Assembly: GCA_016180525.1 (NCBI GenBank)
Contig: JACPBB010000001.1
Span: 11,320-75,319 of the forward strand
Source of the DNA: Parcubacteria group bacterium
GTDB lineage: Bacteria > Patescibacteriota > Minisyncoccia > Phycocordibacterales > UBA2135
Length of the DNA stretch: 64,000 bases
Reading direction: 5' to 3'
This document shows, piece by piece, positions 1 through 8,769 of this stretch (positions are counted from its first letter, which is position 1; the number at the start of each line of letters is the position of its first letter). The position numbers and the translations under genes are program-made. Under the pieces are notes generated by a model. It was given only the letters and a program-made list of their open reading frames with translations, was not told where the DNA came from and made no database searches.

Positions 1-1
1 T

Positions 2-577
2 ATTAAGTTTCCAAATATAAAGGGGAGGCGCATTGATGAGCAAATTTCAAATATTGACATATTACCCACTCTTCTAGAGACGCTTGGCATTCCAATACCA
101 AATCAGGTTGAAGGTAAAAGTTTTTTTTCGTTTCTTTTTAAAGAAGATGTTTCACCTCCTCGCGAATATGCTTTTATCGAACGTACTCCATTGTGGGAAA
201 ATATCATTATAAACAACGTAACAACGTTACCCACCGAAGAGAAAGAGTGGCTTAACGAATTTAAGATCCTAGATGATAAAAATTCTTTTAAGGATATTGC
301 CGTTAGAACAAAAGATTGGAAACTTATTTATAGAAAAAGTTTTGATATACAAAAAAGATTCTCTTGGTGGCAACATTTATCTGGAAAATCCACGCTTTTT
401 ACCGAATACGAACTTTATAATCTTATTGAAGACCCCAACGAAAAGAAAAATGTGTTTGATCAATATCCTGAAATCGGCCTTGTGTTAAAAGAGGTATTGT
501 TAACCTGGGATAAACAAATTAATAAAAAGGGGGCAAGCATTCAACAAATAAATGGTCCATTACAGCCATATTTTTAA
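2..577 (+). CDS. sulfatase-family protein, C-terminal fragment (5' end lies outside the window)
   Basis: Frame 2 is open from nt 2. The translation IKFPNIKGRRIDEQISNIDILPTLLETLGIPIPNQVEGKSF...ELYNLIEDPNEKKNV matches the conserved C-terminal motifs of arylsulfatase/LtaS-type sulfatases. Confidence 0.6.
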   Translation: MKFPNIKGRRIDEQISNIDILPTLLETLGIPIPNQVEGKSFFSFLFKEDVSPPREYAFIERTPLWENIIINNVTTLPTEEKEWLNEFKILDDKNSFKDIAVRTKDWKLIYRKSFDIQKRFSWWQHLSGKSTLFTEYELYNLIEDPNEKKNVFDQYPEIGLVLKEVLLTWDKQINKKGASIQQINGPLQPYF

Positions 578-642
578 AAGAGCACGGGCTTGTTTTTTGA
601 AGGAAATGTGATATTTTAAATTCGCCTCACTTTATCTTTTAT

Positions 643-1485
643 ATGTCTCCCGATACACAAAAAAAAATATATTCTATATTGCAGTTTGTCAGAAACAACA
701 AGCATAGCTCGTTGTATAAAAATATCCCCAAAATAAAAAAGGGGGGGCTAGAGTTAATGTTTAATCGTATTCCCCGGACTACAATAAATAACCTGCAGGA
801 ATATTCAAAAAATTTATTTCATTATCCTGAAAAAGATATTCGTTATCTTGTTTCAGAGTTTGACCCTAATAATCTCAAATCCTTATTTCTTCTGCCGCAG
901 AGAGTTGATTATGAATGGAGTTTATTAAAGGAGGAAGTAGAAAAAAAAGATCCTATTGTTGCAATTCTTGTGGTGCCCACCTTCTGGCAAATGGGGCCGA
1001 TGTTTTACCGTACCTGCAGGAAAAGCAAGATTCCGGTATCTGTTTTATCCCATAGAAATCTCCCGCTTACCGTACAGGTTATAAAAGAAATAAAAGCACG
1101 GCTGGTGGTGACAACGCCAGATATTGCAATTGGAATCCAAAAAATGCTCTCTGACGAAGGGTATGAAAATCAGGTTAAAAGATGGCATTTGATTGTTCCT
1201 GTGGGGCCTCTTCCGCGCATTCCATGGCTTTCAGGAGAAATAAATATAGAATTCCATATATTTCCTGGAATTCCAGTCGGGTATCTTCCTTACAAATTTT
1301 TGAAAGAAAAAATAAACGGCTTTTTGCCAAACCCAGAATATTTTTTTGAAATAGAGAACAGTACATGCTTTATCACGAGTCTTATTTCACACGCGTTACC
1401 GCTCATAAGACTGCAAATCTCAAAAAAAGCAAAAAAAAATATTCATAAAGGAAAAGAAATTATCACAATCTATGAACCCGCCTGA
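643..1485 (+). CDS. hypothetical protein (280 aa), overlaps the downstream adenylate-forming enzyme gene by 14 nt
   Basis: Long ORF with host-like codon usage. Co-directional with the next gene and overlapping it. No recognisable motif. Confidence 0.4.
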   Translation: MSPDTQKKIYSILQFVRNNKHSSLYKNIPKIKKGGLELMFNRIPRTTINNLQEYSKNLFHYPEKDIRYLVSEFDPNNLKSLFLLPQRVDYEWSLLKEEVEKKDPIVAILVVPTFWQMGPMFYRTCRKSKIPVSVLSHRNLPLTVQVIKEIKARLVVTTPDIAIGIQKMLSDEGYENQVKRWHLIVPVGPLPRIPWLSGEINIEFHIFPGIPVGYLPYKFLKEKINGFLPNPEYFFEIENSTCFITSLISHALPLIRLQISKKAKKNIHKGKEIITIYEPA

Positions 1486-2731
1486 AGCACAAAAAGAGGC
1501 GTTAGCTGTTTTGAATGGTGTTTTGGAAAGTAACTATAGTAATTTTTATAGAAAAAAATATAAACACTGCACCAAGTTTGATGATTGGGTCTCTATACCA
1601 TTTTTAACACGGAGCGAAATGCAGAGGACTTCGTTTTTTGACAGGTTGTTTATTCCTTTAGGAGATATGGACATGGTACGTCCGACCTCGGGGACATCCG
1701 GTCGTGGGATATTGCTAATGCCTAAATGGGGGAAAAAACCTCAGAGCTATAAGCCGCCCCTTCACGTTAAATACATAAAACAAAAATCCCTTAATCGTGC
1801 AGTTACGTTTAGCGGTGCGCATAGTTATTATGCCAACGATGTAAGGAACAGACTGGGAATTGATTATTTATATCTTGACCCTGGAGATATGCAGACTTCG
1901 GCACGTCTGTTTAATCTATATAAACCAGAAATCATTTACGGATTTCCATACGCTATCGCATCGCTTGTTTCATCTCTTTCTGAAAAATCTTTGGCACAAA
2001 AAGTTCAAGCAATAATTTTTTTTGGCGAACGATGTTCAGATACACAATGGCGATTTATTCAGAAATATTTTGCAAATGCCGTTATTTTTTCAGAATACGC
2101 GAGCATAGAAACACAAGCGACGATAGCTGGACCGTGTACAGAAATTGTGCGAAAAAAAGAAAAGTACGTGCATCCGTTACCGGATTATGTTTTTTTTGAA
2201 ATTATTGACTCATCCGGTGAGACCCTTACAAAGGAAGGAGCTTCGGGTGAACTGGTTATTACTACCATATCGCCGGTTGTGTTTCCTCTTATTAGATATC
2301 GAACAGGGGATTCGGCGACAATAATTTATTCCTCTTGCCCTTGTAGTATAAAAACTCCCGTTATTTCAATAGACGGAAGAATCGAAATTGACAGACTTAG
2401 AATACCAGGAGGAGAGTTGAATTTGGCTGAAATAGAGAGAGTAGTATCGCAATGCCAAGAATACGTGACTGGTGGAGATTTTCTTGTGCAATACATTGAA
2501 ATAAAAGACAGATATGGAGTGCTCAAACCAAAGGTAACAATAGAGCTCTCGTGGAATAAGAAGAAGAAGGCAGATTCCACCGTGTTGGCTAAAATATTTG
2601 CCCAAACTCTTCGCGTTGCTCCGCAGTACACATACGCCGACGGGGTTAGAGAAGGAAAATACGAACCACTTACTATTCAATTTCTGCCGCAAGACACGAA
2701 CATGGGAAAGAGAAGGATTATCAGAAATTGA
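1472..2731 (+). CDS. adenylate-forming enzyme, phenylacetate-CoA ligase (PaaK)/coenzyme F390 synthetase-like
   Basis: AMP-binding P-loop-like motif TSGTSGRG. Downstream RYRTGD motif typical of the PaaK/ANL superfamily. ~419 aa. Confidence 0.6.
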   Translation: MNPPEAQKEALAVLNGVLESNYSNFYRKKYKHCTKFDDWVSIPFLTRSEMQRTSFFDRLFIPLGDMDMVRPTSGTSGRGILLMPKWGKKPQSYKPPLHVKYIKQKSLNRAVTFSGAHSYYANDVRNRLGIDYLYLDPGDMQTSARLFNLYKPEIIYGFPYAIASLVSSLSEKSLAQKVQAIIFFGERCSDTQWRFIQKYFANAVIFSEYASIETQATIAGPCTEIVRKKEKYVHPLPDYVFFEIIDSSGETLTKEGASGELVITTISPVVFPLIRYRTGDSATIIYSSCPCSIKTPVISIDGRIEIDRLRIPGGELNLAEIERVVSQCQEYVTGGDFLVQYIEIKDRYGVLKPKVTIELSWNKKKKADSTVLAKIFAQTLRVAPQYTYADGVREGKYEPLTIQFLPQDTNMGKRRIIRN

Positions 2732-2765
2732 TTTTCTTTTTTAAGCGTGATAGTGTTCTTTCAGA

Positions 2766-3338
2766 ATGAAACAAAAAGAGACGGTACTCATGCGACTTCT
2801 GGGCAAAAAAGTTTATCTGCGACCCATGACCGCAGAAGATGTCCACACTCTCAAGAAATGGCTAAATGACCCGGATGTAACAAAATATCTTGATATGACG
2901 ACTCCGTTTATGCGCGGAATACAACAAGATATTATCGGTAATAATTCCCTTCTTTTACAACATACCTTTATCACTGTTGTTAAAGACACCGAGGAGCCGA
3001 TTGGTTTTGGGCGCTTGCAAGAAATAAGTGAAGTTGATAAAAATGCTAAATTTCTGCAGGTTATCGGAGAAAAAAAATATTGGGGTTGTGGATTTGCTTT
3101 CGACGCCCGAATGCTTTTACTGTATTACGCGTTTAACACTTTAAAGTTAATAAAAGTTTACGGAAGAGTATATCGGGAAAATGCTCGTATGTTAAATCAA
3201 GCAAAAAAAGCCGGAGCACGGATAGAGGGTGTTTTAGAAAAGCACAAATTTAGAGACGGAAAATTTCATGACCTTGTCTTAACCGCAACATTTAAAGAAG
3301 GCTGGGAACAAATTTTTGAAAATTATCAAAACTCATGA
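2766..3338 (+). CDS. GNAT family N-acetyltransferase (RimJ/RimL-like)
   Basis: N-terminus VYLRPMTAEDVHTLKKWLNDPDVTKYL and overall length fit the RimL-type GNAT fold. Confidence 0.55.
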   Translation: MKQKETVLMRLLGKKVYLRPMTAEDVHTLKKWLNDPDVTKYLDMTTPFMRGIQQDIIGNNSLLLQHTFITVVKDTEEPIGFGRLQEISEVDKNAKFLQVIGEKKYWGCGFAFDARMLLLYYAFNTLKLIKVYGRVYRENARMLNQAKKAGARIEGVLEKHKFRDGKFHDLVLTATFKEGWEQIFENYQNS

Positions 3339-3386
3339 ACTATTATCCTGTTGAAACCGTTATTTAAAATTATAAATAGCGGTTTT

Positions 3387-4715
3387 TTAATTAACATTTT
3401 GAAACCACATTTCTTGATACGCAGTTGTCGTACATTTATCAGTTAGTATTGGATTTCCGACAAAATTACATAGTTCTTTCATTTCTGCCTTAGTTTGTGC
3501 TGAATGTGCTATTAAAGCGCCGATACCCTGAACACAACCGGTTTTTAAATCTGCCCCTGGCGCCGAAGTACACAGTGCCTTAGTTTGAGAAAAATCCATT
3601 TCCAGTATCTGTCTTGTAAGTGATGGCTGAAAATACGCACATCGTTCTCGGTGCTCTTTCGGAAGAGTCGCGCAGGTCCGCCATATATTATTTTTATCTA
3701 GTTGGTCTTGCTTTGCAAAAAAGGCATATTCTATAAAGACACCGTCATAGCAATATTGTCTATTGCCTACAGACAGTCCATCGCATAACAAAAGAGTATT
3801 TTTAATATTAAAATCGGTTTCAATAAGAAGCGGGTGTGCAATGCCTTGCAAGCAAGCGATAGCAGAAAAACTTAAGTTGCCAATAGTCTCTGAAAACATC
3901 TTAACGCATTCGTTTTCCACAGTAACGATATCATTTTTGTGTTCCAACAAAAACCCGGTAATAACGCCGTGTTGGCATCCATAGGTAAATTCATGAGTAC
4001 AATAGTTTAAACTCCCGATACCATATTTTTTAAAAAGAGAATTTCCGATAATATGTGCTAATGAATGGGTGTCGACAATTTGTTTCCCATTTTCAAACCC
4101 AACAAAAGTCAAATATTTTAGAGCAATGCTGGGGAATTTGTTGCTTAGCCGGATAATGTGATTTTTTTGCTCGTAAGAATAAAGGGATGCAAATTTTCCT
4201 TTGTTTAGATAAACTAAAATATCATTTATTTTTTTAGAATCAAATGGAGAACTAAACGCAAGTTTATTTTTAAAATCAACTAAACGGGTATGTCTATCTT
4301 CCTCTGCTTCTACATATACTGTTCCGACCATTTCAGGAAATAAATGATCATGATAACTCCACGCCCCTTCAAATGCATAAATAAATGACCATTGTTCGTT
4401 TGGATTGAGTCCGCGACACGCGTCAAATAAGCTTCCCAAGCAATCTCTTGGAGATGTTTGCGGGTAATTGCTGTGAGTTACGTGCTCATCTGACGCTGGC
4501 CAGTGCTTCCGTGTTCCTTTGTTTATAAAAGTAATCGTTTCTCCGGTTTGTACATATGTGTTTTGTGGTATAAATTTAGAGTCGGTTATAACAACCACGC
4601 TTGGGTGACTTTCATATTTGCTCGGAATGAGGAGCGCCATTATAATGAGGGCAATTACTGCGACGCTATATTCTATATATTTTTTCATAATATATTGTGT
4701 TATATATGATAACAA
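3387..4715 (-). CDS. secreted/membrane-anchored Cys/His-rich family protein with N-terminal Cys-less cupredoxin-like domain
   Basis: N-terminal TM helix. Cupredoxin-like block (WPASDEHVTHSNYPQ ... AWSYHDHLFPEMVGTVYV). Family motifs AHIIGNSLF and CTHEFTYGCQHGV. Many Cys. Paralog of 4697..5668 and 12342..19883. Confidence 0.55.
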   Translation of the reverse strand: MLSYITQYIMKKYIEYSVAVIALIIMALLIPSKYESHPSVVVITDSKFIPQNTYVQTGETITFINKGTRKHWPASDEHVTHSNYPQTSPRDCLGSLFDACRGLNPNEQWSFIYAFEGAWSYHDHLFPEMVGTVYVEAEEDRHTRLVDFKNKLAFSSPFDSKKINDILVYLNKGKFASLYSYEQKNHIIRLSNKFPSIALKYLTFVGFENGKQIVDTHSLAHIIGNSLFKKYGIGSLNYCTHEFTYGCQHGVITGFLLEHKNDIVTVENECVKMFSETIGNLSFSAIACLQGIAHPLLIETDFNIKNTLLLCDGLSVGNRQYCYDGVFIEYAFFAKQDQLDKNNIWRTCATLPKEHRERCAYFQPSLTRQILEMDFSQTKALCTSAPGADLKTGCVQGIGALIAHSAQTKAEMKELCNFVGNPILTDKCTTTAYQEMWFQNVN

Positions 4716-5668
4716 AATATTTTCAAAATAAAAAAAGATTTCCTATTTTACTATTGTGCTTTATATTTGTGGTCTTAATTTTTTCATATACGCAATTGTT
4801 TCATCCGTGTCTATATTTTGATGAAAATAATATAAAAACCCAAACAGAACGTTGGGGGGACTGTATTGATGTGTGGGGTGGAAAAGTGGCACATGCCTTC
4901 TTTAAACAGACAAACAAAGTGGTTCCTAATCAATACAAACATATTAACGCGCATATGTTTGGCAATGCCCTTTACAACAATTACAGCCTTGAAAAAGCCC
5001 TTCTCTTTTGCGATTACGCGTATTGGGAAGGATGTTTCCATGAGCTTTTGTCTCGAGCATTTTTAGACGGGGGATATTCCACTTTAAAAAATATTGCCGA
5101 AACATGCAAAAAAATACTCTCTAGCACTTATTCTACAACTTGTCTGCATGGTTTTGGACATGGCCTTATTGCTCTTGGGAAATATACAACTGATGACTTG
5201 CGCGAAGCTCTTGATTTTTGTTCTTTACATTTTTCTGATACAGAAGGGAAAAAAGATGCTTCAAGGCGAGGGTCAGATTATTTTGGAAACGAATGTTACC
5301 ATGGTGTATTTATGGAATATAATGAACGTAATATGTTACCGGAGTTAGGTCCCCGAGAATTAGATTTTAAAAATATATATACGCCATGTGATACATTGGA
5401 TTCTGAATACAAGGCAACGTGCTATCACAGGCTCGCTTTTAATCTGTGGCCTCACAACATATCAAACATAAATATTACTGTTAAGTATAATACACTGATA
5501 TCGTGGTGTCGTGACATTCCCCAAAAAGAATACCATTATTCTTGCGTAAGTGGAGTTCGTACTTCGATGTTTTTTGTCCCAGAAATATCCGCAAAAGAAA
5601 AAAAGAAGGTTTTAAACTTAGTAGATGAGGTCCTCCGAGAAGTACGGGCCTTTTCTGCCCCGATCTAA
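4697..5668 (+). CDS. secreted Cys/His-rich family protein (CxHGxGHG motif)
   Basis: N-terminal hydrophobic segment. Motifs CFHELL and TCLHGFGHGLIALG shared with the paralog family. Confidence 0.5.
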   Translation: MLYMITKYFQNKKRFPILLLCFIFVVLIFSYTQLFHPCLYFDENNIKTQTERWGDCIDVWGGKVAHAFFKQTNKVVPNQYKHINAHMFGNALYNNYSLEKALLFCDYAYWEGCFHELLSRAFLDGGYSTLKNIAETCKKILSSTYSTTCLHGFGHGLIALGKYTTDDLREALDFCSLHFSDTEGKKDASRRGSDYFGNECYHGVFMEYNERNMLPELGPRELDFKNIYTPCDTLDSEYKATCYHRLAFNLWPHNISNINITVKYNTLISWCRDIPQKEYHYSCVSGVRTSMFFVPEISAKEKKKVLNLVDEVLREVRAFSAPI

Positions 5669-5688
5669 CCATCTCAAAAATAAGTACT

Positions 5689-7401
5689 TTATTTAGGAAT
5701 TTGCCTTGTATAGATTATCAAATCGCTCTTTTTAATAATATCTATAATTGCTTGACGCGAATATGTATCTTGTAAATCATTTTTAAGAGATATTAACCCG
5801 TTTTTCTCCAGATTTTTTTCTTTATGAGTAATGAGAAATGGAGTGTCTGTAACAATGCTCTTATTAAAACTCAAAAAGGCTGATGATGGTGCGGCGTAGA
5901 AAAGAAACAAATCATGAAAATCAACCTTTACCCCCAATAACGCAAGTGTTGATAAAAATTTGCTATATCCGGTAACGGCAAAGATAAGCTGGTCCACGTA
6001 TGCTGTTTTTGTGCGATAGAGCGTCAACAACCGTTCAATAAACAATAATTCATTTGTATTGAAATTTGTTTTTAAATCTTTTGCTCCATACAAAAAAGAA
6101 AGGGTGTTTAAAAAAATGACGACGTCATCTTGATACACAATCGGAAAAGCTGTTATTTTTTCCTGGAGTTCAGTAATTGTTTTATTGCCCAAAAACCAAT
6201 CATGTTCGGAGAGCAGGGACCGAATTTTAAGAATTGCCATTATCTTTACAAAATCAGTGCCATAATCCGGACAAGAATAGGAAGTTGGTATTGGTTGATA
6301 CAAAAGAGGAAAGGCCGCATTCGTTTTTTCCTGAAGAGCACGCTGAAGCGGCTTTTCTGTATTTTTTGAAATATGAAAATATAGGTCATTTAAAAGAACT
6401 ATTCTCGGGCTGAATTCACTACCGTATTTCTGCGGCATGACAGTGTAATATGCGGGGGTATCTTCAAGAGCACAGGCGCTGCTCCCGAGAACAATGACCG
6501 GCATGGATTCATACCATTGTTTCTCTGTCTCATTAGATACACTGAGTATTGAGTAGTAATTACGAATTAAAGACGCGTTGCTTTTGATAATTTCAGGAAT
6601 ACTATAAAAATTTTCTTGTTCAGATACTTCTTGTGAATTTAAAAAGGGCTGAAAAGAAGCTGATGCTAAAGAACATTTTTTTATATTCCCATTAAAACAC
6701 TTCATTCTATTGTTTCTTTTTTCGTCAATATCGTATGAAGCATTAATCAGAGTATTTAAAAATGTTACATATGTTTCATTTGAAATAGTTCCTGTTGGAA
6801 GAAAAAAATTTTTCTGGTCATGCTCAGCATATATGTGTTTCATTTTTTCAGCGTTTTTGCGATATATCTTAACCGTTCTCTCCAGTAACGCATCGTATGT
6901 TTTGATGTTTTCGACTGAAGGACGTTCCACTACGTCTCTGCGTGCCTTCTCAAGGTCGGCAATTGAATATAAAAAATCAGTCGGGTATAGATTTGACCTT
7001 AAAATTTTTTCCTCTCGTGGATAATAATACCCCGCAAAATTATCAAAAGATTGTTCCATACGAGCGATAGAGTTCCTCAATGTTTCTATGTCAGTTTCCG
7101 GAATAGCAAGAAACGGCTCTACGCGGGTCAAAAGTGAGTAATATCCTGCGCGAAGCGCCACAACTTCGCGCTTAAGAGTAGGAGGCGCCTCAACAAAAAC
7201 AATGCTGCCTTCAGAAATAGTATAGTGTTTCTCGTCTATAACAATTTCAGGAAGAATAAATTGGGCAAGCTCTTTTGAAAAAAACTTTTTTTCTTTTTCC
7301 AACTGAACTGTATTTTTAAATACGCTGACATAAAAAACCAATAATATAAAAAAACTTAGAATTATCGGTATACATACTCGGCGCTTTAACTGATACTTCA
7401 T
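5689..7401 (-). CDS. hypothetical membrane-anchored protein (570 aa)
   Basis: Long ORF with N-terminal TM helix. Last gene of a 4-gene minus-strand string (8738->5689). Confidence 0.45.
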   Translation of the reverse strand: MKYQLKRRVCIPIILSFFILLVFYVSVFKNTVQLEKEKKFFSKELAQFILPEIVIDEKHYTISEGSIVFVEAPPTLKREVVALRAGYYSLLTRVEPFLAIPETDIETLRNSIARMEQSFDNFAGYYYPREEKILRSNLYPTDFLYSIADLEKARRDVVERPSVENIKTYDALLERTVKIYRKNAEKMKHIYAEHDQKNFFLPTGTISNETYVTFLNTLINASYDIDEKRNNRMKCFNGNIKKCSLASASFQPFLNSQEVSEQENFYSIPEIIKSNASLIRNYYSILSVSNETEKQWYESMPVIVLGSSACALEDTPAYYTVMPQKYGSEFSPRIVLLNDLYFHISKNTEKPLQRALQEKTNAAFPLLYQPIPTSYSCPDYGTDFVKIMAILKIRSLLSEHDWFLGNKTITELQEKITAFPIVYQDDVVIFLNTLSFLYGAKDLKTNFNTNELLFIERLLTLYRTKTAYVDQLIFAVTGYSKFLSTLALLGVKVDFHDLFLFYAAPSSAFLSFNKSIVTDTPFLITHKEKNLEKNGLISLKNDLQDTYSRQAIIDIIKKSDLIIYTRQIPK

Positions 7402-7405
7402 GCTA

Positions 7406-7834
7406 TTATAGCGGGTTTACGGCTATAACCTCCGCAACAAAATACCCGTCTTGAATATCATATAAAATTTGAACTTTGTCGCCAGCATATAGATCACTTA
7501 TTGTTGTGTCTTTTATATCTAAAAAGACCAGTGCATTATTCTCAAAATGAGGGATATTTTTTACCACGCGTGTTTCTTCATTAAACACAATTTTAATTTT
7601 TTGATTTTCACGGGTCGGATGATAGTGATTGTTGATTTTCACAATCATATATTTTTCTTCTGGGTTAATGAAAAAAATATTTCCGCCCCTGAAGACTTCT
7701 TCTGATGAGAACGGCGTATAAAGCACTGGTTTATTTTTTTCAGCCATCAAAAATAAAAAAAATAATAAACTCAAACAAAAAACCATGATAATGACAAAAA
7801 AATAACATATTCTTCTTTTTGTTAAAGGAGGCAT
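7406..7834 (-). CDS. hypothetical small membrane-anchored protein
   Basis: ORF with N-terminal TM helix. Only a 4-nt gap to the downstream gene. Confidence 0.4.
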   Translation of the reverse strand: MPPLTKRRICYFFVIIMVFCLSLLFFLFLMAEKNKPVLYTPFSSEEVFRGGNIFFINPEEKYMIVKINNHYHPTRENQKIKIVFNEETRVVKNIPHFENNALVFLDIKDTTISDLYAGDKVQILYDIQDGYFVAEVIAVNPL

Positions 7835-7849
7835 TTGTTTAACATAGTT

Positions 7850-8347
7850 TTACTTTTTATACGTTTTATATTGAATGATTTGTGTTGCGTAAAATCTTTC
7901 TTTATTTCTCTGTACGTAGATAACCAATAAATCTCCCGAAGAAAGTTCATTTAAAAATGATATATCTTTATCATAATAAAAAAACTTATTTGAAATAGTA
8001 TAGCCTTCACGAACAGAGACGCGTGTAGAATCATCAAAATAAACTTTTGTTTTACCGGACACTTGAAAAAATGGATTTGCAATTTGACTCAAAATAATAG
8101 ACTGTTCTTCAAAATTTACCAAATCCAGAGTGACCCACAGCTTCTCTGTTTTTGATTTCATCTGGCTTAATTTGATATCAGAATTTCTTTCATTCACAAG
8201 CGCGGTCTGTTCATTGGTATTTGTTGAAAAAAGAAAGACATGCCCCAAAATAATGCCTAAACTAAAACTGGCAAAAAACAACAATAAGCAGTATTTAAAA
8301 TAAATATTCTCCATGGAGTATAAAGGGCGTGTACTTGGAATTATCAT
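7850..8347 (-). CDS. hypothetical small membrane-anchored protein (true start probably the Met at ~8314)
   Basis: ORF with N-terminal TM helix after an internal Met. Co-directional string. Confidence 0.4.
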   Translation of the reverse strand: MIIPSTRPLYSMENIYFKYCLLLFFASFSLGIILGHVFLFSTNTNEQTALVNERNSDIKLSQMKSKTEKLWVTLDLVNFEEQSIILSQIANPFFQVSGKTKVYFDDSTRVSVREGYTISNKFFYYDKDISFLNELSSGDLLVIYVQRNKERFYATQIIQYKTYKK

Positions 8348-8738
8348 TTAACGAACTATAAACAATGACATACTCACCGGGACGAATATTTTCAATAGAG
8401 CTCTCAATAGTGTCTTTTATGCTATACACTATATCGTCTTTTGAAAAAATAAGAGCTCTTTGAACAATAGTATTTTTATCAAAATAAATTTCATTGATGA
8501 CCCTTTTTTCCGGTGAAAATCGACTTCGTTCTTCAAATTTAATCGTATTTTTTTTAAGATCAACAGACTGAAGAATTCCATATTGCCTTCCGATATATGT
8601 TATTATTCCAGTCTTAATATTTTTATTAACTTGATGTTGCAATACAAAGGATACAGCCAAAAAACCAATTAAAAATCCTGATAATAAAAAAAGGAGGAGC
8701 CCCCAGAAATTGATTCTATTTTTAAACATAATACACAA
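8295..8738 (-). CDS. hypothetical small membrane-anchored protein
   Basis: ORF with N-terminal TM helix. First gene of the string. Confidence 0.4.
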   Translation of the reverse strand: MCIMFKNRINFWGLLLFLLSGFLIGFLAVSFVLQHQVNKNIKTGIITYIGRQYGILQSVDLKKNTIKFEERSRFSPEKRVINEIYFDKNTIVQRALIFSKDDIVYSIKDTIESSIENIRPGEYVIVYSSLNDNSKYTPFILHGEYLF

Positions 8739-8769
8739 TCTATATTCTATACTATACTATAATTAACAC

